DNA of 64,000 nt from an uncultured Methanosarcinaceae archaeon (GCA_963733675.1 CAVTET010000001.1:1098446-1162445); one strand, 5' to 3'; shown: positions 11,730 through 23,696, counted from the first letter of the stretch. Numbers and translations: made by a program. The notes: a model not told the origin generated them from the sequence alone.

Positions 11730-11955
11730 CCTAATGGAACTATTTTGTTAAAAAATATGAACTCAAAAATGATACGAAAAGATTTCCAATCAATTAAGGA
11801 ATCAATTTCAATAACTTTATCGCTAACTGACTCAAAAATGTATAAATCTATTAAAGAGCAAAATCAGAAAAAGTGTTCATGAATAAAAATTGTTGTTGAG
11901 TGATTTTAAACTCTCCAATGTTCAAATGAATAGAAGTTTATCGAAATTATCTAAC
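11730..11955 (-). mobile_element. IS5-family left-end relic; homologous to 40727..40880 and 44655..44730
   Basis: Minus-strand DK(V/L)xEIDSLIDWK N-terminal transposase peptide; terminal GTTTATCGAAA motif here and at ~40860. Confidence 0.6.
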
Positions 11956-12005
11956 ATAAATTAAAGTTGTATCTGGTCGGATTATATATGCTATTGATAC
12001 CTTTA

Positions 12006-12879
12006 AGAGGCTATCCGAAAAGTTCTGCTGATCTGAATGTTATCAATGCGCACGCTAAATGTAGGATAGCAAGGTAATTTTCAATTTTCTTTTCCCAGCC
12101 TATAAGGATTCTTCTGAATCTATTTAGCCAAGAATGTATTCTTTCTACAACCCATCTTCTTGCCCGAAAACCAGGTATGTCTCTTCTTATGTTTTCTTCT
12201 CCACGACTTTTGATATACGCAGTATAACCATATTCTTCAACCAATTTTCTGATATCGGTGAACTCACAACCCTTATCCATGCATATATTCTGAATTATGT
12301 CTTCTGGAGAAGGTCTTTCAAAGAATATGGCGTCTAAAGTCCTTTTTATAAGTTTTTTATCGTGACGATTGGCTCCATCAACGACAACAGAAAGTGGTAT
12401 GCCTTTACCATCAGTTAAAACAATCCTTTTTGTACCTTTTTTACCACGATCAGTAGGATTGGCTTCTGTTTCAGCTCCATCTAATGGTTCTTTTGTCATA
12501 GCACCATCAATTGATTGTCATTCCCATTCTAATCCTTTTCCGAAATCATACTCAACAAGACCAGCCATCCACATGCTCTCAAATAAGCCTGATAGTTGCC
12601 ATTCCTGAAATCGATCATGTACAGTGCTTGGAGCTCCATAAAATCGTGGCAATGCTTTCCATTGGCAACCAGTAAAAAGGAAATAGAAAATGCCACTCAT
12701 TATTTTCCTATCACCCTTTCTAGGTCTTCCAGATTTCTTTTTTGGCTTAGGTACAGGTAGTAAAGGTTCTATTTTTTTCCAATAATCTTCAGAAAGTTCG
12801 TAGTCTTGAACAATTTTCCGTTTTGTCATTACCACACATGATCTGAAATTGAAAGTATATTATTTTTCGGATAGGCTCA
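12006..12879 (-). mobile_element. IS5-family element, transposase with in-frame nonsense codon
   Basis: TIRs GAGGCTATCCGAAAA / TTTTCGGATAGGCTC flanked by TA; ORFs 12518..12835 and 12011..12499 in one frame, joined by EWE*QSIDGAMTK; TGCQW, DKG, RWVVER motifs. Confidence 0.9.
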
Positions 12880-13295
12880 TAAGTGAACTTTTGCTTTTTA
12901 TTCCAAACCAAGATACTCCGTTTCTAATTATTTGCAACTCCAACATTAAAAAAGATTTCAATGAAAACATTAACTGTGCTTTGGGACTGTTTTTTCTTAT
13001 CTGAAATTTTCCCACCCATATCAGCATTTTATTCATCCAATATACTCTTTAATTTTTTATTCTTTATTAACTAGAATTCATCCATATCCAATACATATGT
13101 GACCCAATATTGCAGGTAGTCATTTTTGTAAAATGATTCAGAATTTATGAAGTTGCAGAATGAAACAAGGTGCATCAGAATCTGTCAAACTTATCTAAAA
13201 TTTTCAGAAAAATTATAAAAGTTAGGGATATTCTAGATATTAGAAATCACCCTTCTTTAATCTGAATTCTGCTGCCTGTATAGTACGTTACATAT

Positions 13296-15020
13296 TCATT
13301 TTTTTATATTTTTACTTAAGTCAATTTCATTTGAACCATTAATAATTGTGAAATCACTAATTATAAGTTCAATGTTTTTACCATCGGTTGGAGGCTGATT
13401 CCAATCCCACAACCATAGATTAATTAAGATATTCGCAGGATCCTGAGGGATTCCAGAAACATTTGTATAATTATAGTCTGCTATAATTTTTCCGTTTTCC
13501 TGCACAGATGTAAATCTTACATATTTGGGTTTCCATTCAAGAGTATATGTTGTGTTTGTACCGTTAGTGTCTGGAACCGCATACGCATGAGCATTGCCTT
13601 CAATTTTAGTAGGCTGTACAGTGTATGTCAGTTGATCTCCGTTTGTCTTACCCCATGTTGAAGCTTCAATATCTAATTCATTATTATCGTCTAAATAGGT
13701 AAAAAATCCGACCACACTTTTATTATCAAATGTATAAATAGGTGAAGCTACCTTCCATATGAAAGTACCATAACGATATTTGTATTGACTATTCAACATC
13801 GTACATTTCCATACATCCCCGTCCTTTACAATTGTCAAGTGCATCCTGTTTTTGTCATCTATCCATGCGCCAGTCTTATTCCAGTAATTATTAATAGGAT
13901 CCGATCTACCTTTAATCACGTACCAATTTAACCCTTTCCAGTAAATTACCCCATTTGTAGGATATTTATTCACTCCTTTATCAACTGTCCATACAGCATT
14001 TTCCTGAGTTGCTTGTGTATAAAACAATGTCCAAATTCCGTTAGTATCTTTTGCAGGGATCCACAATTTCAAGAAATTTCCATCATCACTAAAAACACCT
14101 GCACTGCGATCTAATTGAATATCCTTATACATCGCACATGATGGATCACTGATTTGTAGCAGTGGTAAACCTTGAACCGTGAAATTATCCGTATAGTTAT
14201 TTGCAGTCGCAAGATACAAATTATAATTAGGTTCGTCGAATACATTATCAACAGGTTTGTCGAATCTAAATAATGCATATATTGTTGAGTTTCCTGGATA
14301 ATTCATCGTATTCATAAGCAAGGGTTGGTAGTCGCTTGATTGACCAACTTTTTGCTTATTACTAAAATTCATACCATCAGTGGAAGTGTATCTGTATATA
14401 ACATGAGGTTTTTGATCGATATCAACAAGCCACATGTAATAAGTTCCTGTGGAGTTATCATATAGAACAGAGGGGGATATACCATGGGCAGTGACATTCA
14501 TTTCAGATGAAACAGTACTACCATCATATGTTCTAACTTTCGGATCTTCTATAGTTACGTTACCAACTGCATCCTCAATTACATAGTAGCACATAAGTTT
14601 TTGAGTAATAGGATCATATACGATATCAGGATGAGATCCATAAGCTTTTGAGTCATAATCAGATTTTATTGGCGTTCCAATAGGATTTGTCACTCCTGAT
14701 GGTACATTCCAAATTAGTCCATCATCAGAATAGTACAAACATGCATTTTTAGAGGTACCATTCAAATCTGGAAAGGGAGTAATAAACATCCACCATTTAT
14801 GACCAAATACACCAGATGCATTGTAATAGACATCAGGATGATTGAACTGGTTATATCCGTATGGATCAGGTATCGATATGGGAAGTCGGTTTGATGTGTT
14901 TAGAAGAGTACCATTTTCACTTTTATTTTCGTGGGATCTTACTTCTGGTAATGCACCTGAGATACAGCCAGAAACAAGAAGCAATAATGTTATGACAACG
15001 ATTCCAATTTTATAATGCAT
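13296..15020 (-). CDS. Secreted/lipoprotein: N-terminal beta-propeller-like domain + C-terminal GH16-like domain
   Basis: LLVSGC lipobox-like signal; HPDV/HPDI/SPSV blade motifs; YGTF...NELDIE (ExDxE). Confidence 0.7.
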   Translation of the reverse strand: MHYKIGIVVITLLLLVSGCISGALPEVRSHENKSENGTLLNTSNRLPISIPDPYGYNQFNHPDVYYNASGVFGHKWWMFITPFPDLNGTSKNACLYYSDDGLIWNVPSGVTNPIGTPIKSDYDSKAYGSHPDIVYDPITQKLMCYYVIEDAVGNVTIEDPKVRTYDGSTVSSEMNVTAHGISPSVLYDNSTGTYYMWLVDIDQKPHVIYRYTSTDGMNFSNKQKVGQSSDYQPLLMNTMNYPGNSTIYALFRFDKPVDNVFDEPNYNLYLATANNYTDNFTVQGLPLLQISDPSCAMYKDIQLDRSAGVFSDDGNFLKLWIPAKDTNGIWTLFYTQATQENAVWTVDKGVNKYPTNGVIYWKGLNWYVIKGRSDPINNYWNKTGAWIDDKNRMHLTIVKDGDVWKCTMLNSQYKYRYGTFIWKVASPIYTFDNKSVVGFFTYLDDNNELDIEASTWGKTNGDQLTYTVQPTKIEGNAHAYAVPDTNGTNTTYTLEWKPKYVRFTSVQENGKIIADYNYTNVSGIPQDPANILINLWLWDWNQPPTDGKNIELIISDFTIINGSNEIDLSKNIKK

Positions 15021-15169
15021 ATGTTATTTTCTCCGTAATGTACGAATGTTTACGCGGTTGAATTAAAAACAACAGCAGTAAATTCTCATCTATATAGTGT
15101 GCAATTAATATAAAGGGACTTCATATACTTGATTTTATCCCTCAAAAAAACTTGATATAATTCTTTGAG

Positions 15170-15280
15170 TTTTGGATTGGCTGCAGTCAATGACAATGAA
15201 ACTGATGGTCAATTTTCATCATCCCAGAAGATATTAAAACAATCTTCTAATAAAGGCTTTAAAACAGCTTATGAAGTGTA
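15170..15280. repeat. Dispersed IS-derived repeat, similar to 24340..24450
   Basis: Shared TGCAGTCAAT...ATCCCAGAA(G/A)ATATT...AAAGGCT. Confidence 0.5.
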
Positions 15281-15849
15281 TAAAACAGAGATATACCTAA
15301 ATTGAACGTCATTAATTATATTGTGAATTCTACTTTCCCCATTCTCTGAATCATATAGCTTGGCATTATCTGTTGAGTCTAGAGCATCAAGTTACTATCA
15401 TCATATAAGATAAATTTAGCATCTCAAAATAATTGAACATAATCAGCATTATTTGCACATTTCGAGCAACATGGAGGATAAGTTTGAGAGTTTTGAAAAA
15501 TATAAAACTCGTAACTCACATATTTAGTTACGTTTTTGTACAAAATATATAGATATTATCTCATTTTAATCAGATTATGAACTGGGATATTCTAATACGC
15601 ATGATATTTATTGCTAAGGCGAAAATTTGTTCCTACGAAAAAAACGAACCTATGAAACTTCAAGCCTATTATTAATTAAATATGATTTGAGTCTAGCTAA
15701 AGTAGTAGAAAATTTTCCGCCTACATATCAAAGATTTATCCTTCGAGAAAGTGTACTGAGGAAAAAGATTTTCTCAACCTTGAATGTAAATCTGTCAAGG
15801 AGTAAAATCTCATTTAACAGGAGGAAAATTTTCTGATTTAAGGGGAATA

Positions 15850-16546
15850 CTTTCAGAGCCAATGACAAACGATGATGATTATTATCGCACTATGCAAACA
15901 AAAGGCATAATTCAATTGCCAATGAGAAATTCAATATATTTTATTCCGAGTCAGAATTTTTATCCTAGATCAAAAAACTAATGAAGCACTCAAATATGAA
16001 TTATATCTCTTCAATTCAAAAGGATCCTAAATTCCAATCATCCAATCGTCACAAATGATGATAGTAGTTCTTTTGTGGATTCAAATAATCCAGATGATGG
16101 GCAATCGAGGGTCCAAAACCAGTTAAATTTACAAGTGATCCAGAAGCCAAGATCAACATCTGGAAATGTTATACTGAAAACGAAGAGTTCTATGGATATG
16201 ATTTTGGTATTACACAAAATACATACTCTTTCCTAAAATAATTATTTGATTTTGATAGATATATATATAAACAAAACTATTTTCCCACTGGACTGAACCA
16301 CATGGTACAAATTAAAAAAAACAGAGAAATTTTATCAAAAAACAAGCATTGTTTATAAATATTATTTTATCCTCCAACTACACTAGAAAGAAACCCACTT
16401 GAATATTGTTGGAAAACGAAAATAAAGATGTTAACATCAAGAAGATCATTCAAAAATGTTAAAATATAACTGAGAAAAACGGAATGAATTTTGTGAAAAG
16501 TACACACTCACACGTAAAATGTGGTATTATTTAAATACCGACTATA
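15850..16546 (+). mobile_element. IS630-family transposase relic
   Basis: Fragments WAIEGPKP and FYPPTTLERNPLEYCWK (SPELNPxExxW-like); heavily broken. Confidence 0.55.
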
Positions 16547-17610
16547 ATTCAATGAAAAATATGCATAATTTCTACTTCAAAACTCTACAATATTGAATTT
16601 TATAGAGGCGATTACTAAAAAATGGAATTCAAATTTTGGATAATTTTTTTATAAACTATTGAGGAATAAGTGTGGACAAATAAATAATAGCCAGTAGGAC
16701 CACAGCAAACCTGGACTACTGATAAATTAATAAAAGTTATATATTTTAATGTTATATGACGTATACGAGGTATTTTTAATATGGATACTGCTACTGCTAC
16801 ATCCTGGATTGATGTATTAATAAGTATTATTGTTGTTTGTGGTCTATTTGGTGTTCTTGCTAATATTGTTTATTTTTATAATCAAGGGCATTAAGATTTT
16901 CCAAAATAAATACTTAAACAGAGAATTACAATTGCAACAGCAAGGATAAGTTACTGGAAGTTGTAAACAAAAGAGTTCTTATCAAATGTAAACAACAAAG
17001 TAGATGAATCCATTTTATGTATATAGGCAATAGCTATGGGAGCAACTTGATAGTGTTTGCCGTATAATAAGTCTTTTAATTCATCTAATATTAGCCAAGT
17101 GTTTTCTGTCTAAATGTTATACTGTAACACTTGGTTAATGTATTAATTTGAATCAGATTTTTATGATATTATCATCTCATAATTTGGCAAGGTATAAATC
17201 TTGAATATGTATAACTTGCTGATAAAATTCGCTAACCACTTTCGTTTTTCACTTAACAATACGTATCTCGGCCAAACAGATCGGGACATATTCATGAGTT
17301 GTTAAAAATAGTAAACATAAGACTATCTACACATTTTTTCAAAAAAGAGAGCTATAAGACATTTCGCAGATGTATACATATGCAGAATTTGTTCGGCTAT
17401 TTGTTATCACTATGATTCATTGAAGATTAGTAGGATTTCATAAAGCCTAAATTTCATTATATGCGCACAAATGGTATATTAATAGCTCTTGAAAATCAGA
17501 TGTTTATCGAAATCCTCAAAATTTACTTTTGAGATGATACATGAATGAGGCAGAGGCATCTAAACAAATTGCATAAATATTCAAAATTAATTTCAATGAT
17601 TTATTAAAAC

Positions 17611-18890
17611 TTATAATAAGCTATGTATATAATATATGCTTGTATCCCCGTTCGAATATAATCTATCAACTGAAACATCTTCCTCCAGTTTTTTAAAATC
17701 TTTTTGATGAAATCTTCCAACAACATTCCAGACAGTTTCATAAATCATTTTGTCAAACATTGTCATCATGAAATATTCGTTCTGAGTATAAGAATTCCCA
17801 AGATTATTTGATAGAGTATAATTAAAATGATCCTTAATGTTTGCCTCTTTATAAGAAAATCCAAACAATTTTCCAGCTTCAACATGGCCCAACGAACCTG
17901 CTAAAAATCTATATACTGGACTCATTATATAAACACTATTGATAGCAGAATTTTTGAAATTTAAGAGCCATTTAGCCCCATTCATATCCATTTGTGTAAT
18001 TTATAATCACACAAACTATTGGTGCAAGATTAAACTTATGAATTATCATTTTTCTAGTAATAATGTATGATAACACAAAACCAGCGAATATCGGAGTGAA
18101 GATTAATAAATATGCTTGCAACCTATCTGAACCCATTGCTTGTAGACCTGGAATAATATTAAACAAATAAAATGTGTACATTAGTCCAATAAACAATGTG
18201 ATATTCAGTAATATTATCAAATTTTTATTGTTTTTTCTATAATTGGAATATTTCAATAATAATACAAAGCTAAGGAAAAAAATATTAAAAAGATAAAATG
18301 CTGACCCATAAGTTTAATAAATAATTCTAGAAACTCTAATTTAGTCAAACTCAATTTACCAACTGTGCTACTCATCGAAGAAATTACATTTGTACTTGAA
18401 CCTGCGATAATAGAATAATACATCATTTTTATATTTAGATTAAACTTTTGGAATGATAGTATCCAAGGAAGAAATATAGCTGTTTCAAGTAAGATAGGTG
18501 TCAATGGGAAAGAAGACGTAATTAATAAAATCTTTTTATTTTCAAATATAGGAATCAAAAATTCAATTGATCCAATAACAACTAGCATTAATATTAATAC
18601 CACTGTGGATAGCGGATGGAAAAAAGGATACAATATTAATGTAATTAGAAATAATATCGTATATTTCATAGAGTATTTTTTTGTTAGTGATTTAAAATAG
18701 AAGAATAACACAATAGGCAAATATAAAAGAGACCAGCCATTTGGCATAAGATAGACATCGTAGCCACTAAAAAACACACAAGCAATTGAAGTAACAGCTA
18801 AAATTTGTTCTTTTTTGTAACTAATGAAGAAGTTGCCAATAAATAGATAGATATTACATAGAAAACTGAAATTAAGGCAGTACTATGGTT
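17611..18890 (-). pseudogene. Polytopic membrane protein (glycan-cluster type), frameshifted and 5'-truncated by IS6
   Basis: Consecutive ORFs 18253..18777, 17972..18256, 17611..17991; FFHPLS and DRLYSNG motifs. Confidence 0.65.
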
Positions 18891-19037
18891 GGTTCCGTTG
18901 CAAAAAATTCAAAAAAATATGTAAATCTATAGGTAATGAATAAAAATCAGAATATTCAAAGAAAATGCACTAACATTATAAAACTATACCAAACAATTGA
19001 TTAATGTATTTGACTTCATTAAGAACAGAGTAATTTA
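18891..19037 (-). mobile_element. IS6 3'-end fragment (147 bp), cut by copy B
   Basis: TIR at 18891 followed by transposase C-terminal coding; stops at next TIR. Confidence 0.9.
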
Positions 19038-19879
19038 GGTTCCGTTGCAAAAACTTCAACAAAATATGTAAATCTATAAATAATGAATAAAAATCAAAAC
19101 ATTCAAGGAAAATGTACTAACATTATAAAACTATACCAAATAATTGATTAATGTATTTGACTTCATTAAGAACAGAGTAATTTAGATCGATTACTTGTCC
19201 TTTTTTGATCATATTTATAGCTTCAATTCCTTTTAAAGTCTTATTAACAGATCGAAAAGACTGAAATCCTAACATTGGATTAACGATTCTCTTTATAGAT
19301 CTGTGATCTTGTTCTATAATGTTATTCAAATACTTGAGCTTTTTTAAACAAGTTCTTCTCATTTTTCAGTTCATCTATAGCAGGTGGATAAGCTGGATTC
19401 TTATCAACGGTTATTAATCTTGGAATTTGATTATGATTAGAACTTAAAGCTTTCTTAAAGAATCTCTTCGCTGCCTTTCTATCTCGTTTTGAACTTAACA
19501 TGAAATCAATTGTGCCTCCATCCGAGTCAACTGCTCGGTAAAGATATTTCAATTTACCTTTTACTTTGATATAGTTTTAATCAACCCCCCATGAATCATT
19601 TGTTGGTCTTAAATGCCTTCTTATCCTCTTTTCTATCTCAGGTGAATATTGATGTACCCATCTCATGATTTTTGTATGGTCGACTTTTATTCCTCTTTCT
19701 ATCATCATTTTCTTTAAATTTCTATAGCTCAATGGATATTTTAAGTACCATCTTACTGTTTGCAGAATGATCTCGCCTACAAATTGTTTCCATTTAAAGG
19801 CATTTAATGGCATATTATATACTCTTAAAATTATATTTATTTCATAGTATCGATCTCATATTTTTTTTGCAACGGAACC
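19038..19879 (-). mobile_element. IS6 copy B (842 bp), inactive transposase
   Basis: Both TIRs; ORF pieces 19577..19813, 19322..19552, 19123..19362. Confidence 0.95.
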
Positions 19880-20386
19880 TTCCTTTCTACCGGAGGGAAA
19901 GTTGAGAACTCAAAATACCTGCAAAACTCACTTATTAGGCTGAAAGTTCTACAAAAAAGAGTAAGTAGAAAAGTTAAGGATTCGAAAAATAAGAATAAAG
20001 CAAAACTGCATCTGTCTAAACTCCATGAAAAAATAAGCAATCAGAGAAACGATTTCCAGCATAAAATTTTATTTAGAATAATTAACGAGAACCAAGCTAT
20101 TGCGCTGGAAACTTTGAATGTTAAAGGGATGCAAAAGAATCAGTGTTTAGCACAGGTTATAGGATATTCTGCTTGAAGTAGTTTTGTAGCAAAGTTGGAA
20201 TATAAGGGCGAATGGTTAGGAAAAATTATTCTTCGAATAGGACAGTTTAAACCATTTTCTAAACTTTGTAATGTTTGCGGATTCCATAATTCGAATCTAA
20301 CCTTGAAAGATAGAGAATGGATATGTACCGATTGCAAGACAAAGCATGGTAGATATATAAACGCAGCAATCAATATCAATAAATTC
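19880..20386 (+). pseudogene. tnpB: TnpB (IS200/IS605) internal fragment
   Basis: LSKLHEKISNQRNDFQHK...IALETLNVKGM...LEYKGEWLGK...SKLCNVCG...WICTDC...INAAINI; one stop; both ends cut by IS6. Confidence 0.85.
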
Positions 20387-21227
20387 GGTTCCGTTGCAAA
20401 AAATCCTTTCTAATGATACAATAGAATAAAAAGAAAACCAAAGATAGTAACATGCTATCTAATTCCTTTAAATGGAAACAATTTGTAGGCGAGATCATTC
20501 TGCAAACAGTAAGATGGTACTTAAAATATCCATTGAGCTATAGAAATTTAAAGAAAATGATGATAGAAAGAGGAATAAAAGTCGACCATACAAAAATCAT
20601 GAGATGGGTACATCAATATTCACCTGAGATAGAAAAGAGGATAAGAAGGCATTTAAGACCAACAAATGATTCATGGGGGGTTGATTAAAACTATATCAAA
20701 GTAAAAGGTAAATTGAAATATCTTTACCGAGCAGTTGACTCGGATGGAGGCACAATTGATTTCATGTTAAGTTCAAAACGAGATAGAAAGGCAGCGAAGA
20801 GATTCTTTAAGAAAGCTTTAAGTTCTAATCATAATCAAATTCCAAGATTAATAACCGTTGATAAGAATCCAGCTTATCCACCTGCTATAGATGAACTGAA
20901 AAATGAGAAGAACTTGTTTAAAAAAGCTCAAGTATTTGAATAACATTATAGAACAAGATCACAGATCTATAAAGAGAATCGTTAATCTAATGTTAGGATT
21001 TCAGTCTTTTCGATCTGTTAATAAGACTTTAAAAGGAATTGAAGCTATAAATATGATCAAAAAAGGACAAGTAATCGATCTAAATTACTCTGTTCTTAAT
21101 GAAGTCAAATACATTAATCACTTGTTTGGTATAGCTTTATAATGTTAGTACATTTTCCTTGAATATTTTGATTTTTATTCATTATTTATAGATTTACATA
21201 TTTTGTTGAAGTTTTTGCAACGGAACC
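20387..21227 (+). mobile_element. IS6 copy C (841 bp), inactive transposase
   Basis: Both TIRs; same nonsense (WGVD*) and 14-bp deletion as copy B. Confidence 0.95.
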
Positions 21228-22775
21228 AATATTTCTTTGCTTTGCAGTGTATCTCTCTGGCTCTGTGTATTCGATGAGTTTTCCATCTTCAAGTACGGAT
21301 ATCGAGCCATGCCCACAGAAGATCAAGCATTTTTTCCCCTTTCCTGTGAGCCTTTCATCGATTTCGGAGATAAGGGAATGAAGGGCATTTCGCTCTTCCC
21401 GAGCAAGCTTACTGTCAACATTTACAGAGGTCATAAGGTAATCAGCGAGCAAGTTATATTCCGTCCTATCAGAGCTCAAACTTTTAAAATTGATGATAGC
21501 ATCCTCAGGGAAAATCAACCCCTCTTCAGGGCAAAGATAGAAAACTTCCCCATGCATATGCCCTCCCAATCCTGCAAGGGCTTCAAAGTTCAAATCTCCG
21601 ATGTGAAACCGAGCAATTATAGAGAAAGCCCCTCGTTTTTCAATGTTTTCATCCGATGCTGAGATTTCAGGAAAAAGCACTACATTCGAAGGCGGAGTAA
21701 ACTTGGAAAAAAGATTGATTATTTTCGTATAGACTTCTTCAAGAATACATCCCTGATTGCAGGATCCGTATGCTCTGCTTGTTTCCTGTGTAATCAAAAG
21801 AGTTTCATGATTAAGATAAGAAGGGGCAGAAAAAAAGCCTGCGGCTCCACAGTGATCTGCATCAGCATGGGTAATGTAAATCCTTTTGAGCAGGCTTAAA
21901 TCCCCAAGCCTGTAGTGCTGGAGCATAGTCACAACGTCCTGGTAATAGACGCCATAACCTGTATCAATCATGATCCTTTCGGAAGGGGTATCGAAAAGGT
22001 AGATATTTCCCCCGCATGGAAGCTGAAAACAAAATAGTTCGACGTCATTTTTAATTAGTATTCGCTGCACATCAGCATAAAAGTTTTCCCCCGAAGTCCG
22101 GTTCAGGAAGTCCCCTATTTTCAGGATGTTTTCAAAGACCTCAACAGGATCTTTCCGAAGGTTTGAAAGTTCCTGTGCAATATGGTTAATGTCGTGCAAA
22201 AATCTCATCAGAAATGCATCTTCAGCACTTCCAATAAAAGATCTAAGTTTTTGAGCCAGCCTTAGATAAAATACCGTGTCATCAAGTTTCTCACCGGTTG
22301 TGTCGTACTCGATAATCTCTAGCCTGTACCGTGATTTGAGCTGGTTTAGAAGGTAATCGATTAGGCTGGTATTTTCAATATTAAGACCTACAACAAGTCT
22401 TTCAGGATGCTGCCCCCGATCATCAAAATCAAGAAAAGTGATATTTGCCCCCGATGAAGTAATATAATTAAGGAAATCGAATAAGGCGCCAGAACAGTTC
22501 GGGAGATATACATAGAATTTTAGAAAAGCTACATGCTGGAGGGAAGTCTGGAGATAACCTATTTTTTCCAGTTCCTCACTGATTTTGCCATAAACCTGTG
22601 GAACAGCGGTCACTTCAAAAAAAACAGTATGTCTGTCGATCCTGCGGTCATATTGAATTCTATTAATATTTCCTTCGTACCGGCTTATTATCTCGGCTGC
22701 CCTGTGCAATGCTCCTGGTCTGTCAGGCATGCAGGCGATAAAAGAAAAATGTTCCATTCGATGTCCCCTGATCAA
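21186..22775 (-). CDS. ACT-domain / metallo-beta-lactamase-fold hydrolase (C-terminus from IS6 end)
   Basis: PDRPGAL ACT motif; THADADHCG (HxDxDH); CGHG. Confidence 0.85.
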   Translation of the reverse strand: MIRGHRMEHFSFIACMPDRPGALHRAAEIISRYEGNINRIQYDRRIDRHTVFFEVTAVPQVYGKISEELEKIGYLQTSLQHVAFLKFYVYLPNCSGALFDFLNYITSSGANITFLDFDDRGQHPERLVVGLNIENTSLIDYLLNQLKSRYRLEIIEYDTTGEKLDDTVFYLRLAQKLRSFIGSAEDAFLMRFLHDINHIAQELSNLRKDPVEVFENILKIGDFLNRTSGENFYADVQRILIKNDVELFCFQLPCGGNIYLFDTPSERIMIDTGYGVYYQDVVTMLQHYRLGDLSLLKRIYITHADADHCGAAGFFSAPSYLNHETLLITQETSRAYGSCNQGCILEEVYTKIINLFSKFTPPSNVVLFPEISASDENIEKRGAFSIIARFHIGDLNFEALAGLGGHMHGEVFYLCPEEGLIFPEDAIINFKSLSSDRTEYNLLADYLMTSVNVDSKLAREERNALHSLISEIDERLTGKGKKCLIFCGHGSISVLEDGKLIEYTEPERYTAKQRNIGSVAKTSTKYVNL

Positions 22776-22858
22776 AAAGCCTTATTTCTGATAACTTAGA
22801 ATAAATCCTGTTTTACCTTAAGCTTTCCTGTTGATGTCAAAGAAAAAAAACAGAAGTT

Positions 22859-23296
22859 TCATAGTTCAATCAGAATAGGCGAAAGCCCAAGATTTTTAAA
22901 AATTTCAGTGATCTCACCAATAGGGCTTTTTCTCCTGTAAAAAAGGTGAGAATTGCAGGTACAATCCGTACACCCAAAATCGGAAACGTATTCCTCTCCT
23001 ATCCTGCTGGCAAGTGCGCATTTAAGTCTTGTAGAGGTAATGGCATAAACTGTCGAAACCAGCTTGAAAGAAGGATTTAGGTGGAGATAATCTACGTGCC
23101 ATCTGGGATTTTTGTCTTTGTTCCCAAAAAAGTTAATGTGTCTTTTTACTCTTTTCAGACCTCCCGACCCAAGGGCTGAACCAACGTATATATGAAAGCT
23201 TGAAGCGAATGAGAACTCACCTTTTTTCCCTACTTCAAATTTACAATCCTGGTTTTCAAATATGAGACAGCAAATCCCTTTTTCGGAAAACTCCAT
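22859..23296 (-). CDS. GIY-YIG (DUF123/Uri-like) nuclease family protein
   Basis: YVGSA...RVKRH...WHVDYL...FGCTDCTCNSHL. Confidence 0.8.
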   Translation of the reverse strand: MEFSEKGICCLIFENQDCKFEVGKKGEFSFASSFHIYVGSALGSGGLKRVKRHINFFGNKDKNPRWHVDYLHLNPSFKLVSTVYAITSTRLKCALASRIGEEYVSDFGCTDCTCNSHLFYRRKSPIGEITEIFKNLGLSPILIEL

Positions 23297-23449
23297 TTCA
23301 AGACCTCATTTTATTATCTGAAATCTGAAAGTATTTTTCAAGCAAAGTTCTGACCATTTCCTCAAGTTTTTCTTTTTCCTTAATGAGCCTTAGTCCAGGA
23401 AGCAGGAGCCTCGACTATCTCATCATGAAAATGCTTCTCATAATTAGGA

Positions 23450-23696
23450 CAAATCCAGTATGTAGTAGTGCAATTAATGGTGACTATAGTTCGTTTTTTA
23501 AGGTACTAAGTCGTATAACTGGAATTTATTCTATAAGTAAAATAGACATAACAGCACCAAAAAATGTTTTTATCACTCAATCAGTGTACGGTATTTGTCC
23601 CCATTCCAAAATATACCGTGCAAGTGAATGATTTGCCAAAACTGCAAATATCGCTATTATACGAGTGATATCAATCCAGTTTATGAGTTCTGTCAT
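23450..23696 (-). pseudogene. Acyltransferase-3-like N-terminal remnant
   Basis: MTELINWIDITRIIAIFAVLANH then stops; resembles the IDxLRGIAIxxVxxxH motif. Confidence 0.35.

Noticed and set aside
12518-12520. In-frame TGA in the IS5 transposase as selenocysteine or programmed read-through
   Set aside because: Sits where Trp (TGG) is expected; a simple nonsense mutation is more likely.
2702-19037. GTAATTTT / GTAATTTA flanks of IS6 A and B as a TSD pair
   Set aside because: One mismatch, and the second is internal IS6 sequence; AT-rich coincidence is likely.
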